Positions 25,509 to 37,259 are shown, counted from the first letter of the whole stretch. The stretch: DNA of 63,872 nucleotides, filler included, from Octopus bimaculoides (GCF_001194135.2; 5 parts of 5 records of this genome joined end to end with filler, not necessarily neighbours in it); one strand, 5' to 3'. A program made the numbers and translations. The notes: generated by a model from the sequence alone, not told the origin.

Positions 25509-25608
25509 NNNNNNNNNNNNNNNNNNNNNNNNNNNNNNNNNNNNNNNNNNNNTTAATTAATTAANNNNNNNNNNNNNNNNNNNNNNNNNNNNNNNNNNNN
25601 NNNNNNNN
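25509..25608. other. Artificial scaffold linker N44-TTAATTAATTAA-N44 (also centred at 54495-54506, 57244-57255, 62391-62402)
   Basis: Identical 12-mer with stops in all six frames, centred in 100-bp N blocks four times. Confidence 0.92.
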
Positions 25609-25657
<49 letters not shown>

Positions 25658-26002
25658 TAATATGTATGTATATACATATACATAATATGTATGTACATAT
25701 ACATAATATGTTTATATATATATATATATTCAGGAGTGGGGCCCTGGTTCAGGAGTTCCACAGGTTTTATTGGAATTCTTCAGCTTTGACCTTGCATACA
25801 TACAGCCCTGCACACATACAAACCTGCACTCAAAGGCAGCCATAAGGTGATGACTGTTTTCCCACAGGCCTGAGACAAACGTGAATTTTGTACCTCACAC
25901 ATGTCTTGCTGAACCTTCATTTGTCAGTGCAATAATGAAGTCCACAATTCTATATATAACTTCTGTTTACTCAATTTTAACATTATGTGGTGTATGTGTA
26001 CA

Positions 26003-26412
26003 TACAAGGTGGTATCAAAGACAGTTCTGGACTAGTTCTGTAGCACACCAACAGATAGCAGCACACAGTTGTGTGCATAGCGAGAGCTAGCATGAGGCAT
26101 TGTACCAAGTGACATTGTTGTGTTTACTTCACAAGTTATGAAATTTGTGTTTTAGAGATCATGTGTATGCTGTAGTCTGCGATTTTGTCATGGACAGGGA
26201 GTTTGAACAAAGAGCCAATGCAAAATTTTGCTATAAACATAAGAAGTCTGCTGCAGAGACATTGAGCATGCTTTGTCAAGCTAATGGTGATAAGGGAGTG
26301 CATTGTACAAAATGTTTCAAGTGACACAGGCGCTTCAAAAGCAGAAGAACGTTCCTGCAAGACGATAAATGATCTAGAAGACCTGCTACAAGTGCCGCTC
26401 ACAGAAATGTGG
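26003..26412 (+). mobile_element. mariner 5' fragment (TIR plus transposase N-terminus from ATG 26190)
   Basis: TA-CAAGGTGGTATCAAA TIR-like end; MDREFEQRANAKFCYKHKKSAAETLSML...CFK*HRRFK...DD..SRRP; cut by a SINE at 26415. Confidence 0.75.
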
Positions 26413-26414
26413 TA

Positions 26415-26810
26415 TTTTTTCTCTTTTATTCTTTTTTACTTGTTTCAGTCATTTGACTGTGGCCATGCTGGAGCACCGCCTTTTAGTTGAGCAAATCGAC
26501 CCCAGGACTTATTCTTTGGAAGCCTGGTACTTATTCTATCGGTCTCTTTTGCTGAACCGCTAAGTTACGGGGACATAAACACAACAGCATCGGTTGTCAA
26601 GCGATGTTGGGGGTGGCAAAGACAGACACACAAACATATACACACACATACATATATATATATACACATATATACGATGGGCTTCTTTCAGTTTCCGTCT
26701 ACCAAATCCACTCACAAGGCTTTGGTCGGCCCGAGGCTATAGTAGAAGACACTTGCCTAAGGTGCCACGCAGTGGGAATGAACCCAGAACCATGTGGCTG
26801 ATGGCATTCA
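26415..26810 (-). mobile_element. Near full-length family A SINE
   Basis: Head, CORE, internal (CA/TA)n and CR1-like tail all present. Confidence 0.88.
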
Positions 26811-26954
26811 GAAGTTTGCAGAGCGAAGTTGGCATAAATGAAATAGGTTGTTCATGATGTGGTCAGAGTTGAGGGCTGATATAATTCAAAGCTAGCGGCA
26901 CAAAGTTGGTGTGAAAAACAAAGAGGTTCCAGTTCTATATTTAAGAGATGAGAA

Positions 26955-27091
26955 ATTATTTACATTTGACGGATATTTGTTCTCATCTTGTTTGTTGTTA
27001 ACACAACATTTCAGCTGATTTCCCTTCCAGCCTTCATCAGGTGTCATGGGGAAATTTCGAACCTGGGTTCTCATTCCTAAGGTTTTTTTTA

Positions 27092-27138
<47 letters not shown>

Positions 27139-27221
27139 TCACTGCCTGGAAACGAACTCGGAATCTTGGGGCTAGTAGCCTGTGCTCTTAACTACTATGC
27201 CATATGCCCACAGGCATATGG
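26955..27221 (-). mobile_element. Family C (tRNA-hammerhead) SINE, copy 2; hammerhead-like motif 27000-27045
   Basis: GACAC-CTGATGA-AGGCTG...CAGCT-GAAAT-GTT-GTGTT on minus strand; 5' hairpin CCATATGCC-TGTG-GGCATATGG. Confidence 0.85.
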
Positions 27222-27303
27222 ACCTCTTTATGAACACTTTTACTAAAGTGGTAACCCTTTACCAACATTCTCTCTATATAACTAAACACCATAAGAGCAC
27301 AGT

Positions 27304-27374
27304 GGGCATATGGCATAGTGGTTAAGAGCACAGGCTACTAAGCCCAAGATTCCGAGTTCGATTCCAGGCAGTGA

Positions 27375-27413
<39 letters not shown>

Positions 27414-27572
27414 TAATAACAACATCAAAAAATACCTGAGGAATGAGAACCCAGGTTTGAAATTTCCCCAAGACACCCGATGAAGGCTGGAGGATATATC
27501 AGATGAAATGTTGTGTTAACAACAAACAAGATGAGGACAAATATCCATCAAATGTAAATAATGTAAATAATG
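27304..27572 (+). mobile_element. Family C SINE, copy 3; hammerhead-like motif 27472-27517
   Basis: GACAC-CCGATGA-AGGCTG...CAGAT-GAAAT-GTT-GTGTT; tail ends in TGTAAATAA repeats. Confidence 0.85.
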
Positions 27573-27703
27573 AACAAAGAGGTTGTTCTCAATGTTGCTT
27601 GTTGCTGGTCTGCTGTCTTTCTGTTAATTGGTTAAAATGCTCACTTGACACATCTTGGGAAGAGAACTGCTTTTGGTATTAATACATGCCCAGCCATGAT
27701 TGG

Positions 27704-27823
27704 CTGGAGTTGCCATAGCACAACTGGAGTTGCCATAGCACAACTGGAGTTGCCATAGCACAACTGGAGTTGCCATAGCACAACTGGAGTTGCCATAGCA
27801 CAACTGGAGTTGCCATAGCACAA
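27704..27823. repeat. Perfect 20-bp minisatellite (CTGGAGTTGCCATAGCACAA)x6
   Basis: Six identical head-to-tail units, no spacers. Confidence 0.97.
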
Positions 27824-28229
27824 CCCAATAACAAAAATAGCTTTCCTGACTTGCTACAATTACATCCCTTTACATTCTGAATTAAATCCCAACCAAACCA
27901 ACTTTGCCTATTATCATTATTCCAAAAACCAGCACTTTTGAATGAAAATGCTTTTTTGTATTTATTACAAATTAGTAATTCTGAATTGAAATTGAATGGA
28001 GTCTTGTGAAAGAGCAGAACCAGCAAAATACTTTGGTGTATTGAGCACATGCCGTAAAAGTAAGACATTCTACAAAAACCATTGGTTGCTAAAAATGTAG
28101 AGGAAACTTAAGAACAAATTGGATTGATAACATGTAGGAGATACCAAGATTGAGGATGTAACAATTAATAAGAGAAGCAGAAGATAAAGAAACATGAAAA
28201 AGGATTGTTCAACAAGCCACTCATACTTC

Positions 28230-28380
28230 AAGAGTTGACTGCTTGCAGAGAATAATGATTTTTGTTATGCTCAAGTTGCACAGACACTCCATTGTCAAGC
28301 TCACCCTCACAAATGCAGTGAACCAGCATTTAGCTTTGCTGGAAACCTGGAAATTTGTAACCAATGATACTATTGTTCAC
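28230..28380 (+). pseudogene. Possible hAT transposase dimerisation-domain relic
   Basis: YAQVAQTLHC...CSEPAFSFAGNL resembles the LA..YL.IPATS..SER.FS.AG motif. Confidence 0.3.
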
Positions 28381-28799
28381 AAATTGCAACAAAAAAAGAA
28401 AAAAAAATTAAATAAAAATAGATAATTACTTCATTGATGAAGTCAACCATGTTACTTCCCTCCTTTTGCCCTAAATATCTGTGACCTTGGGTTTCTGTCA
28501 GAAGTCATTAAAGTACAGTAATATTATTAGTATCAAAATTAATTAGTACTCAATATAGTGTTAATGTTGAAGTATGTTGAGTCAGTTAACTGCATATGTT
28601 GCAATTAGCATAGCATTTCCATACCTCAGATTTCATGCTTGCATTAATGATTGCTGTTCTACCACTACAGGAGCTAGAAAACTATGGCATTAAATTGCTA
28701 CTCTAATTGCTATACATGTACATGCATATATATATATATTTATGCACACGTGTGAGTGTGTGTGTGTGATCATGTGCATGCTTGTTGAAATAATGTGAG

Positions 28800-28832
<33 letters not shown>

Positions 28833-29102
28833 CTGTCTGTGTTTGTGTATGTATGAGATTGTGTGTACGCATTTGTGTGTGAGAGAGAGAGAGAGAGATA
28901 GAGAGAGAGCATTTGTGTGTTATATTTTGATTGTCTATGTGTTGGCATGTGTCTGTCATTGTGTGTGTGTGTGTGTGTGTGTGTGAACATGTATTTGTGT
29001 GTACCTGCGTGTGATCAATTGTTGGTGCATGTCAGTGTCTGTGATCATTTTGTATGTGTGAATGTGGGAGCACATTTTGTGTGTGTGAGTGTGTGTGTGT
29101 GT

Positions 29103-29159
<57 letters not shown>

Positions 29160-29323
29160 CCTTTGCAAATGTCTGGGTGCATTAGTGTGTTACCAGGAGA
29201 ACCAGAGCGATAAAGAGAAAATATAGACTGAAATATTTGAGAAGAGGGCAGAGAAAAAGACAGAGGGAAGAAGAAAGACAGAGAAATAGACAGACACAGA
29301 GAGACAGACAAACAGACAGGCAG

Positions 29324-29366
<43 letters not shown>

Positions 29367-29910
29367 GAGAAAAGAGCAGATTGAAAGGAAAGACTAAAGG
29401 GAGAGAAGGGTAAGAGAAAGGAAATGAAATATAAATGAATAGAAGAAAAGAGAAAAGAAAACTTTTAAAGAGAAAAAGAAGAGCAATATAGAAAAGTGAG
29501 AGGAAGGAGAGGAGACATAAAATAGAGAGAAATACAAAGAAAAATACTGATTTTAAAGAATGGTGTTTAGTGTATTGCTGGTGATGATTTATTTTATCAA
29601 TCCCAGAAGTATGAAAAGCAAAGCTTGTACCACGAAGGACTTGATCACACAAACAGAATCTAAATAAAGCTGACAAGATAAATAATGGTGTGGTCAACCT
29701 CAGTGGAATTTGAACTATTAGTGTAATAGTTTATATAGATCAAAGATGAAGATTTGGCACAAATTGCTGGAGAACTAGACTAAGTACCAGACAGTAGCAC
29801 TTTGAACAAGTGTCTTCTTCTATAGCTCTAGACCATCCAAAGCATTGTGAGTAGATTTTTGGTAGGTAGAAACTAGAAGCCTGTCATGTGTGTGTGTGTG
29901 TGTGTGTGTG

Positions 29911-30690
29911 TGTTAACACCATACAAGCTGCAAAATTGGTTCAACAGTTGAAGGACACTGATAAACCTATTCACCATGAATTTTGCACAGAAATGCTTGA
30001 GGGGTTGGAAGAAGACAGATTTGACGACTGGCTTGTTTTTAGCGATAAGGCGACCTTCCACATAAGTGGCAAAGTTAACAAGCATAACGCATGAATACGG
30101 GGAACTGAGAACCCTCATATAACTCTTGAGCATGTGCAAGATTCCCCTAAGGTAAATGTGTTCCGGGCCATGTCAAAGAAACATGTATATGGACCATTCT
30201 TCTCTGAAGAAGGAACAGTCAATGGTGAAGCATACCTTGCCATGCAGCAAAACAAGTTGATGGAAAAATTGCATGAGGAGGAGTCTGAAGACTTCATTAT
30301 CCAACAGGACAGGGCACCACCTCACTGGAGTCCTAAAGTTAGACAGTATCTGAACACCACTGCCTGACAGATGGGTCGGACATTCTGGACAGACTGATCA
30401 TGTGTTCCTGCGATGGCCACCTAGGTCTCCAGATTCATGCCATGTGACTTCTTCCTCTGGGGGTATGTGAAAAGCCTCGTATATGTACCTCCCCTTCCCA
30501 GAGATGTGGTTGATCTGAAGACTCGAATAACTGAAGCCTTGGCAACCATCGGCAACACTATGCTTGGTCGCGTTTGGCAAGAATTGGATTATTGTTTGGA
30601 TATGTGTCATGTAACCTGCAGTGCTCATATTGAACACATGTAAAAACCTGTGTAGAAATGTGCAAATATTAGCTTTCAGGGGGGGGGGGT
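29911..30690 (+). mobile_element. rosa/VS (DD41D-group) Tc1/mariner transposase relic
   Basis: VFSDKATFHISGKVNKHN, KVNVF...VYGPFF, QQDRAPPH, RWVG...WPPRSPD.MPCDFFLWGYVKSLVY, ending HIEHM*; frameshifted. Confidence 0.85.
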
Positions 30691-30698
30691 ATAATAGC

Positions 30699-31291
30699 AT
30701 AAGAAAATAGAGAGATAATAAATTATTATTTATTAGTTAAAAAATTGTAAACCTTCTCTTACAGCTGTTTCAATTCTAGACCTTCAGAAAATTAATTAAT
30801 AAAATTTTAAATTATTTGAAAGTCAAATCTCATCAGAGGTAGTTTAAGATATACAAAATAGGTGTTCAATTCCTGCATGTTGAGTATATGGCTGCAAACT
30901 ATTAACTGATCAAATTTACGCATAAAGACCATAGTATAAAACATGTTATAGACCTTAGAAAGGGGAGGAAGGTAGTGTATATTGGAGTTGTAAAGTACAT
31001 GTTGATCTATTCTTACTTTAAAACTCCAATATACACTACCTTCTTCCCCCTTTCTAAGGTCTATACCATGTTTTATACTATGTTCTTTATGCATAAGTTT
31101 TATCAGTTAATGGCTTGCAGCCGTATACTCAATATGCAGGAATTGAACACCTATTTTGTATATCTTAAACTACTTCTGACGGGATTCGACTTTCAAATAA
31201 TTTTATGCCATGGGCATATGGTGTAGTGGTTAAGAGCGCAGGCTACTTACCCCAAGATTCTGAGTTCGATTCCAGGCAGGGACCTGAATAA

Positions 31292-31332
<41 letters not shown>

Positions 31333-31640
31333 GTAATAATAATAATAATAATAATGATAACATCGAAAAATACCTTAGGAATGAGAACCCTGGTTCAAAA
31401 TCTCCCCAAGACACCTGATGAAGGCTGGAGGGTATATCAGCTGAAACATTGTGTTAACAACAAACAAGATGAGGACAAATATCCATCAAATGTAAATAAT
31501 GTGAATATTGTAAATAGTGTGCAATTTTTAATCTTATTAATTAATTTTCTGAAGGTCTAGAATTGAAACAGCTCTAAGAGATGTTTGTCAATGTTTTGAT
31601 GAATAAATAATAATTTATTAACTATCTCTCTATTTTCTCA
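30699..31640. mobile_element. Long fold-back element 1 (arms ~30699-30997 and 31014-31204 + 31525-31640; 16-bp loop), interrupted by a family C SINE
   Basis: Arms are reverse complements over about 300 bp; each outer part carries CTGAAGG-TCTAGAATT-GAAAC-AGCT-(G/C)TA-AGAG. Confidence 0.9.
31204..31505 (+). mobile_element. Family C SINE, copy 4; hammerhead-like motif 31410-31455
   Basis: GACAC-CTGATGA-AGGCTG-GAGGGTATAT-CAGCT-GAAAC-ATT-GTGTT. Confidence 0.87.
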
Positions 31641-32469
31641 TCTTATTGTAATAAATAAATATAAACCATAGTTTATATAGTTACCTTACAGTTGAATATT
31701 AATTGTAATGTTCAACATTCTTTGTATAGGTAACTAACCAGTACTTTCATAGAATTTTGCTATCCCTTAATGAGGTTTGTAACCTTTATTTGAACTTATA
31801 TATATATAATTACATAAAGAATATTTTTATAAACAAGTCATCATTACCATCACCTTCATTTTAACATTCAGTTTTCAATGCTCAAACAAAATTCCTTGAG
31901 TGAGACTTTTTTTTACAACCAGATGCTTTTCCCATCACTGAAAAGATGTGTCAGGGCATACCCTTAAGTTACAGAAGGATGTATATAAGTGAAATGGTAC
32001 AGAGGACTGGATAGGATGAGTGGGCAGGTAAGTCTGCAAAAGTGCAAAAGGAGGGTGGGAAACAGAGGGGAAGGGAAGGAAATGTTATGAGCAGTGAATA
32101 CAGGTGGGTTGTTAGGAAAATGGGTTTTGCAGGAGAGGTTTGTCAGGGACAAGTTGTGCTCTGGAACATAGACATAAACTACATCTACCAAAATAAAATT
32201 GTGACCTTTGGGGCTTCAATTCTATTTAGATAGATGTGTCTTCTTAAGCACAACATATTACCAATTATTTCAGTCCTTTGTCATCTCCTGTGTGAGGCTC
32301 AATATCTGAAGGTCATTTTTTTTCCTCACTTTGTCTACTGTTTTCTCAAGTCTTCCTCTTTCCTGCATTCCATCCACATTTAGCAATCAGCACTTCTTTA
32401 TGCAGCTGTTCTCAACTGCCTGCATCACAAGACCATACAAGCACCATCTTCTCCCTTGCACACTTCATT

Positions 32470-32768
32470 TTACAAAGTTACTTTCCAAAGTACAAGTCCA
32501 GGCAAGGTTGTTTATGGAAGTCCAGCAGTCGCCCATGCATACCAGCCTCCCCTCTCCACACCACCAATGTTATCCAAGGGAAAGGCAAAATGCGATACAG
32601 CTTGGCACCTGTGACGTCACAACTCATTTCTACAGCTGAGTGAACTGGAGCAATGCGAAATAAGATGTCTTGCTCAAGAACATAACATGCAGCCCAGTCT
32701 GGGAATTGAACTCACTTCTTCATGATTGTGAGCCCGACACTCTAGCCACTGAGCAATGCACCTTCACC
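32470..32768 (-). mobile_element. tRNA-derived SINE (further family)
   Basis: Minus: GCTCAGTGGCTAGAG...GAGTTCAATTCC head, CTTGAGCAAGACA, TCACTCAGCTGTAGAAATGAGT central motif. Confidence 0.7.
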
Positions 32769-33183
32769 ATTTGTTAATAGGAGTTACAAAATTGTACATG
32801 TAGGACAAACATGAAAGATATCTCCTATTAGAAAGTTTTCAAACAGAGAATCTAATAATATTTGATTCTCTATGTGAAGAATTTCTAACAGGAGATATCT
32901 AACATGCTCTCTACTATATGGACGATTTTGTAACTCCTATTAGCAAATGAAACATGTGTAATGATGAATAAATAAAATTTTCCAATCTTTTGTTTTGAGA
33001 ATATTACTCAACAGAAAATATTTTCCAGTATTTTCAACTCATATGCATAACTCATGCAAATATAACATCTACTTACAGATTTGGAATATGGAAATGAGCA
33101 GATGTGCTTCAAAAGAACGCAGCTTGGATTTTAACCCTATCTACATAATCTGTGTGTGTGTGTGTGTGTGTGCGTATGTGTGT

Positions 33184-33251
<68 letters not shown>

Positions 33252-33317
33252 AATAAAATAAGATAACAAGGCCAAGGCAATTTGATATTCCTAGGATATT
33301 TATAAATAGAAAGGTGG

Positions 33318-33363
33318 TCTTAAAGCTGTTTCAGGGAAATAAATAATATCCCATCATCAGAGA
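33318..33363 (-). ncRNA. Minimal type-I hammerhead motif, left arm
   Basis: UCU-CUGAUGA-U-GGGA...UUCCC-U-GAAAC-AGCU-UUA-AGA; G16.2 changed to U. Confidence 0.65.
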
Positions 33364-33583
33364 TGAGTTAAAAGAGCTTCACAAGAAGGAATTAGTAGAG
33401 TTCATCGTTTTTTAGAAGTTATTCTAGAGAGGAAGAGATATACAAGAAATTAGATATATATATTTTCCTTTTATACTTTCTGCATTATATCTAATTTCTT
33501 GTATATCTCTCCCTCTCCAGAATAACTTCTTCTTAAAAAAAAATGGACTCTACTAATTTTTTTATTGAATTTCTTTTAACTCC

Positions 33584-33629
33584 TCTCTTATGATGGAATA
33601 TCATTTATTTCTCTGAAACAGCTGTAAGA
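33584..33629 (+). ncRNA. Minimal type-I hammerhead motif, right arm
   Basis: UCU-CUUAUGA-U-GGAA...UUCUC-U-GAAAC-AGCU-GUA-AGA; G5 changed to U; helix III palindrome ACAGCUGU intact. Confidence 0.65.
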
Positions 33630-33836
33630 CCACCTTTCTATTTATAAATGTCCTAGGAATATCAAATTGCCTTGGCCTTGTTATCTTATTTTATTTAACA
33701 TATACACACTCACACACGACCTGCCTTAGACTCCTTGCTTCATGCTATTACTGAACTAGGAGTTTAACAGCGGTCCTTCTGTAGCACTTACATAGCCTTA
33801 CCTGCCTTTTGGGTCTTATGGATACCAAAACATCTC

Positions 33837-33899
<63 letters not shown>

Positions 33900-33909
33900 N
33901 NNNNNNNNN

Positions 33910-33984
<75 letters not shown>

Positions 33985-35459
33985 CTGTCCATATGTACTC
34001 AAATCTGTATTTTAAGGGAGAAAAAAAAGTGGGTTGGGGTGGAAACAAACTCCTTCAGAAAGATCAAGAATGTAAATTCTTTATTTTTAGGATTTTGAAA
34101 GTGCCTGATGAAAGGAACAAAATCTCAATGAGATTACTCCATAAAATAGAGAGGAAAGAAAAATAATAGAAATAAAATTTCCAAAAGAACCTTCTCAGAA
34201 ACCAATAACAGCTTAGTTTGACATAAGCCACCATGATGTAGGGGTTATTTATTAATAGAACTGAGATTTAATTAAGCATGTCACAGAACATGTTGGAGTT
34301 TACATACATTTCTAAAAATATATTTATATAAACTTTAACTAATCCACTGCAAAACATGATTTTTTCTGCAGTTGATGAGAGATATTAGAAATTGTTTACA
34401 AAATCCCTTTCATGAAAGAACCATTAAGACCTGAACTCATTTATTCTTACATTTGATCAGTTTATTTTACCTTTTAAACAAAAAAGAGAAAACCAAGACA
34501 AAAATAACGTAAGAATCAGCAACAATTACAATCTTCTTAAAGCTGAAAGACTTAAGAACTGGGACAGATTTTTGTACCTATTAGATGTTGATAATATCAC
34601 AGAAGGTACAATAAATCTATATATAGCTATTAACCTGAGAATAAGTAGCATTAGAAAAACATTTTGTTTATAGCTTGTCTTTTTTTCCTTGCTCCAATCT
34701 CTTCAGTTTTTCATTGATCTTTCTCCTTCCATTCTACAAGCTTTAATAGGTTTTCTGTAGCATGTCTGTCAAAGACCAATATGCCACTAATTGAAGACCT
34801 GAATCCCACAAGATTTTCCCTTTTATTAGACTCTTTAAAAATGGTCTCCATAAGAACTGCATGAAAACATAATCACAACTTGATACCATACTTATCTGCT
34901 GAGAAAGAGGTAGAGTGCTGTGATCAAAAATTAACAACTCGTATCTTTATTTGATCCGCTGCACCATACAGAAAATGATTTAACAGAAGATATAAATAAT
35001 TTAATCAATTCAAAACAGTTTAACTCAAACGGAAAGATTCAATATACAATTCTTTTTTTTATAATTTATGATATCAACATTAAACATAAACACATATTCA
35101 TAACATATATACATATTTTTGCTTCCAATTTTCTTTATGAAAAATATTCTGAAAAATGTGTGAAAGACCAGCAGCTTGAATATATAGATATTTAATTATG
35201 TTCAAAACCACAGTTGCATATACGTTTTTAAAATCAGATATTGCCTCTTTGAAATCTAATCTTCAGGGATTTTTGGAAATGAAATATATTAAACATTCTA
35301 TCAGAGAGGAGATATAGTGCATACGTATACCTGCATGCATACACATTCATGCACCAACACACATATACAGATGCACGCACACACAGACATTATTATCAGC
35401 TTCATCATCGTTTTCACATAAACTTTTCTGTACTGCAATGGGTTGTCAAGACTGAATAG

Positions 35460-35875
35460 GTACAGGCATGGTTCCAGGTTCAGTCCCACTGCATGGCACT
35501 TCGGGCAAGTGTCTTCTATTATAGTCTCAGGCCAACCAAAGCCTTGTGAGTGGGTTTCATAAACAAAAACTAAAATAAGTCCATTGTGTGTGTATGTGTG
35601 TGTGTGTGTGTGTGTGCGCATCTGTGTCTGTGTCTGTGTCTGTGTTTCCTTGTCCTGACATTGCATATGATGTCACCATCATACAAGTAATGTCATTTAT
35701 TTCCAGCATTCTGCAAATGTATGTCTGACCATTGGGAAATATTGCCTTGCTTTGAAACAAGTCAGGGTTGGAGACAGGAGGGGTATTTAGTTGTAGGAAA
35801 TGTGTTTCAATAAACTCCATCCAACCCATGGAAGCATGAAAAAGTGGGCAATAAAAATGATGATAGCAACGTTAA
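35460..35875 (+). mobile_element. Family A SINE head plus (TG)n plus RTE-like alternative tail
   Basis: Same CORE head; tail ends CATCCAACCCATGGAAGCATGAAAAAGTGGGCAATAAAAATGATGAT. Confidence 0.7.
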
Positions 35876-35906
35876 TGATGACAGCGACGACGATGACGAC
35901 GATGAC

Positions 35907-35948
<42 letters not shown>

Positions 35949-36094
35949 ATATCATCATCATTATCATAATTCAACATCCACTTTCCATGCTGGCATGGGT
36001 TGGATGGTTTGTCAAGAACTGGCATGCTAACAATTCTGCTAGCTCACTGAATGATAATGTTAGTAATAATAATAATGATAATAATAATAATAAC

Positions 36095-36625
36095 AAACAA
36101 CAGAAAAAAGATGGTATAAACACACGCCAGAAAAGGTCACAGAAAACGAGAAAGCAACCATACTCTGGGATATGCCAATACACACAGATAGAGAAATTAT
36201 GGCAAATAGACCAGATATAGTTGTCAAAGATCATGAAGAAAAAAAATGCTTTCTAATTGATGTATCAATACCAGCAGATGACAACGTTTCCCTAAAAGAA
36301 ATGGAAAAACTTTCAAAATACAAAGACCTGGAAATAGAGGTAACTCGAATGTGGAATCTAAAAACAGAAACAATTCCTATCATAGTAGGTGCCTTAGGCA
36401 TAATAAAAAAATATTCAGACAAATACATAACAAAAACACCAGGACTTACAAATATATATAACATACAGAAAATTGCACTACTGGGCACTGCACACATCCT
36501 ACGTAAAACACTTTCAATACAGTAAGCATAAGAGCATCACAGCAAACCACAGCACATACCCAAGGCGCACAGAGCTGCGCTCGGTAGTGAAGTGAAAGCA
36601 CGTTATAAAAATAAAAGTACTGAAC
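36095..36625 (+). mobile_element. 5'-truncated R4/Dong-like REL-LINE (open frame to stop at 36525) between (AAT)n runs
   Basis: WYKHTPEKVTENEKATILWDMPIHTDREIMANRPDIVVKD...LIDVSIPADDNVSLKEMEKLSKYKDLEIEVTRMW...PIIVGALG...LLGTAHILRK. Confidence 0.93.
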
Positions 36626-36640
36626 AATAATAATAATAGT

Positions 36641-37187
36641 ATGCTCAATGCAGTACCAGGCAGTAGCTCTCATTGCTTCTGATCTTAACTGATTGGAAGT
36701 GTTATCATGTACATTGTTTTGTCTTGGTATAAAAGATGGGCTACAGAAAATATCCTGCTCAATACCACAGATTTGCTTGTCAGTTGTTTGACCTTAACCA
36801 GTTGAGCATGTCCCTTGGTGGCTGACGATATGTGCATCTGTGATCATGAACAGAAGTAATGGAAGAACATCATAGCCATGAGAAATTCTTTGGGGTTTGA
36901 ATAGTTCACTTTTGGAAACATGGGTGTGTCATTCAACATTCTTAAACAACCCTTGTTCAAAGACCTTTTGAGTGGGTGGGCTACTCAACCTGATGAAAAT
37001 TCTAACTGGGCCCCACCTGCGAGATCATGAGCTGTTTATATTGATATGAGATCACCATGTCACGCACATATGGATGTGATGCATGTGCCTGGTGTACCCT
37101 TATCAGGCGGGTAGTCATGATGGGTATAATGGGAGTCATATATTTTACCCCAGTGTCACTTTGATGGCATGCACTGCTCTCTCACTC
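36641..37187 (+). mobile_element. Full-length family F non-coding element with (AAT)n tail
   Basis: Homologous to 4551-5025 and 8470-8700; followed by (AAT)n(GAA)n(GAT)n. Confidence 0.82.

Positions 37188-37259
<72 letters not shown>

Larger units (their letters stand above)
33247..33700. mobile_element. Fold-back element 2 (arms ~33247-33458 and 33486-33700)
   Basis: About 210-bp near-perfect inverted repeat with a 27-bp spacer; (TG)n on the left flank, CA-rich sequence on the right. Confidence 0.92.

Noticed and set aside
25553-25564. TTAATTAATTAA palindrome (PacI-like) recurring four times
   Set aside because: Always centred in 44+44 N; a six-frame-stop scaffolding linker, not biology.
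27704-27823. CRISPR-like repeat
   Set aside because: No spacers, eukaryotic context; a plain minisatellite.
31212-31285. tRNA genes at SINE heads (families A-D)
   Set aside because: A/B boxes present but no complete cloverleaf or terminator; they continue into SINE bodies.
31960-32190. Possible highly decayed RTE ORF 3' end
   Set aside because: Only faint EGKGR-like similarity; cannot be supported.
36985-37020. CTGATGA/CTGAAGA inside family F
   Set aside because: No downstream helix II, GAAA or NUH; not a hammerhead.
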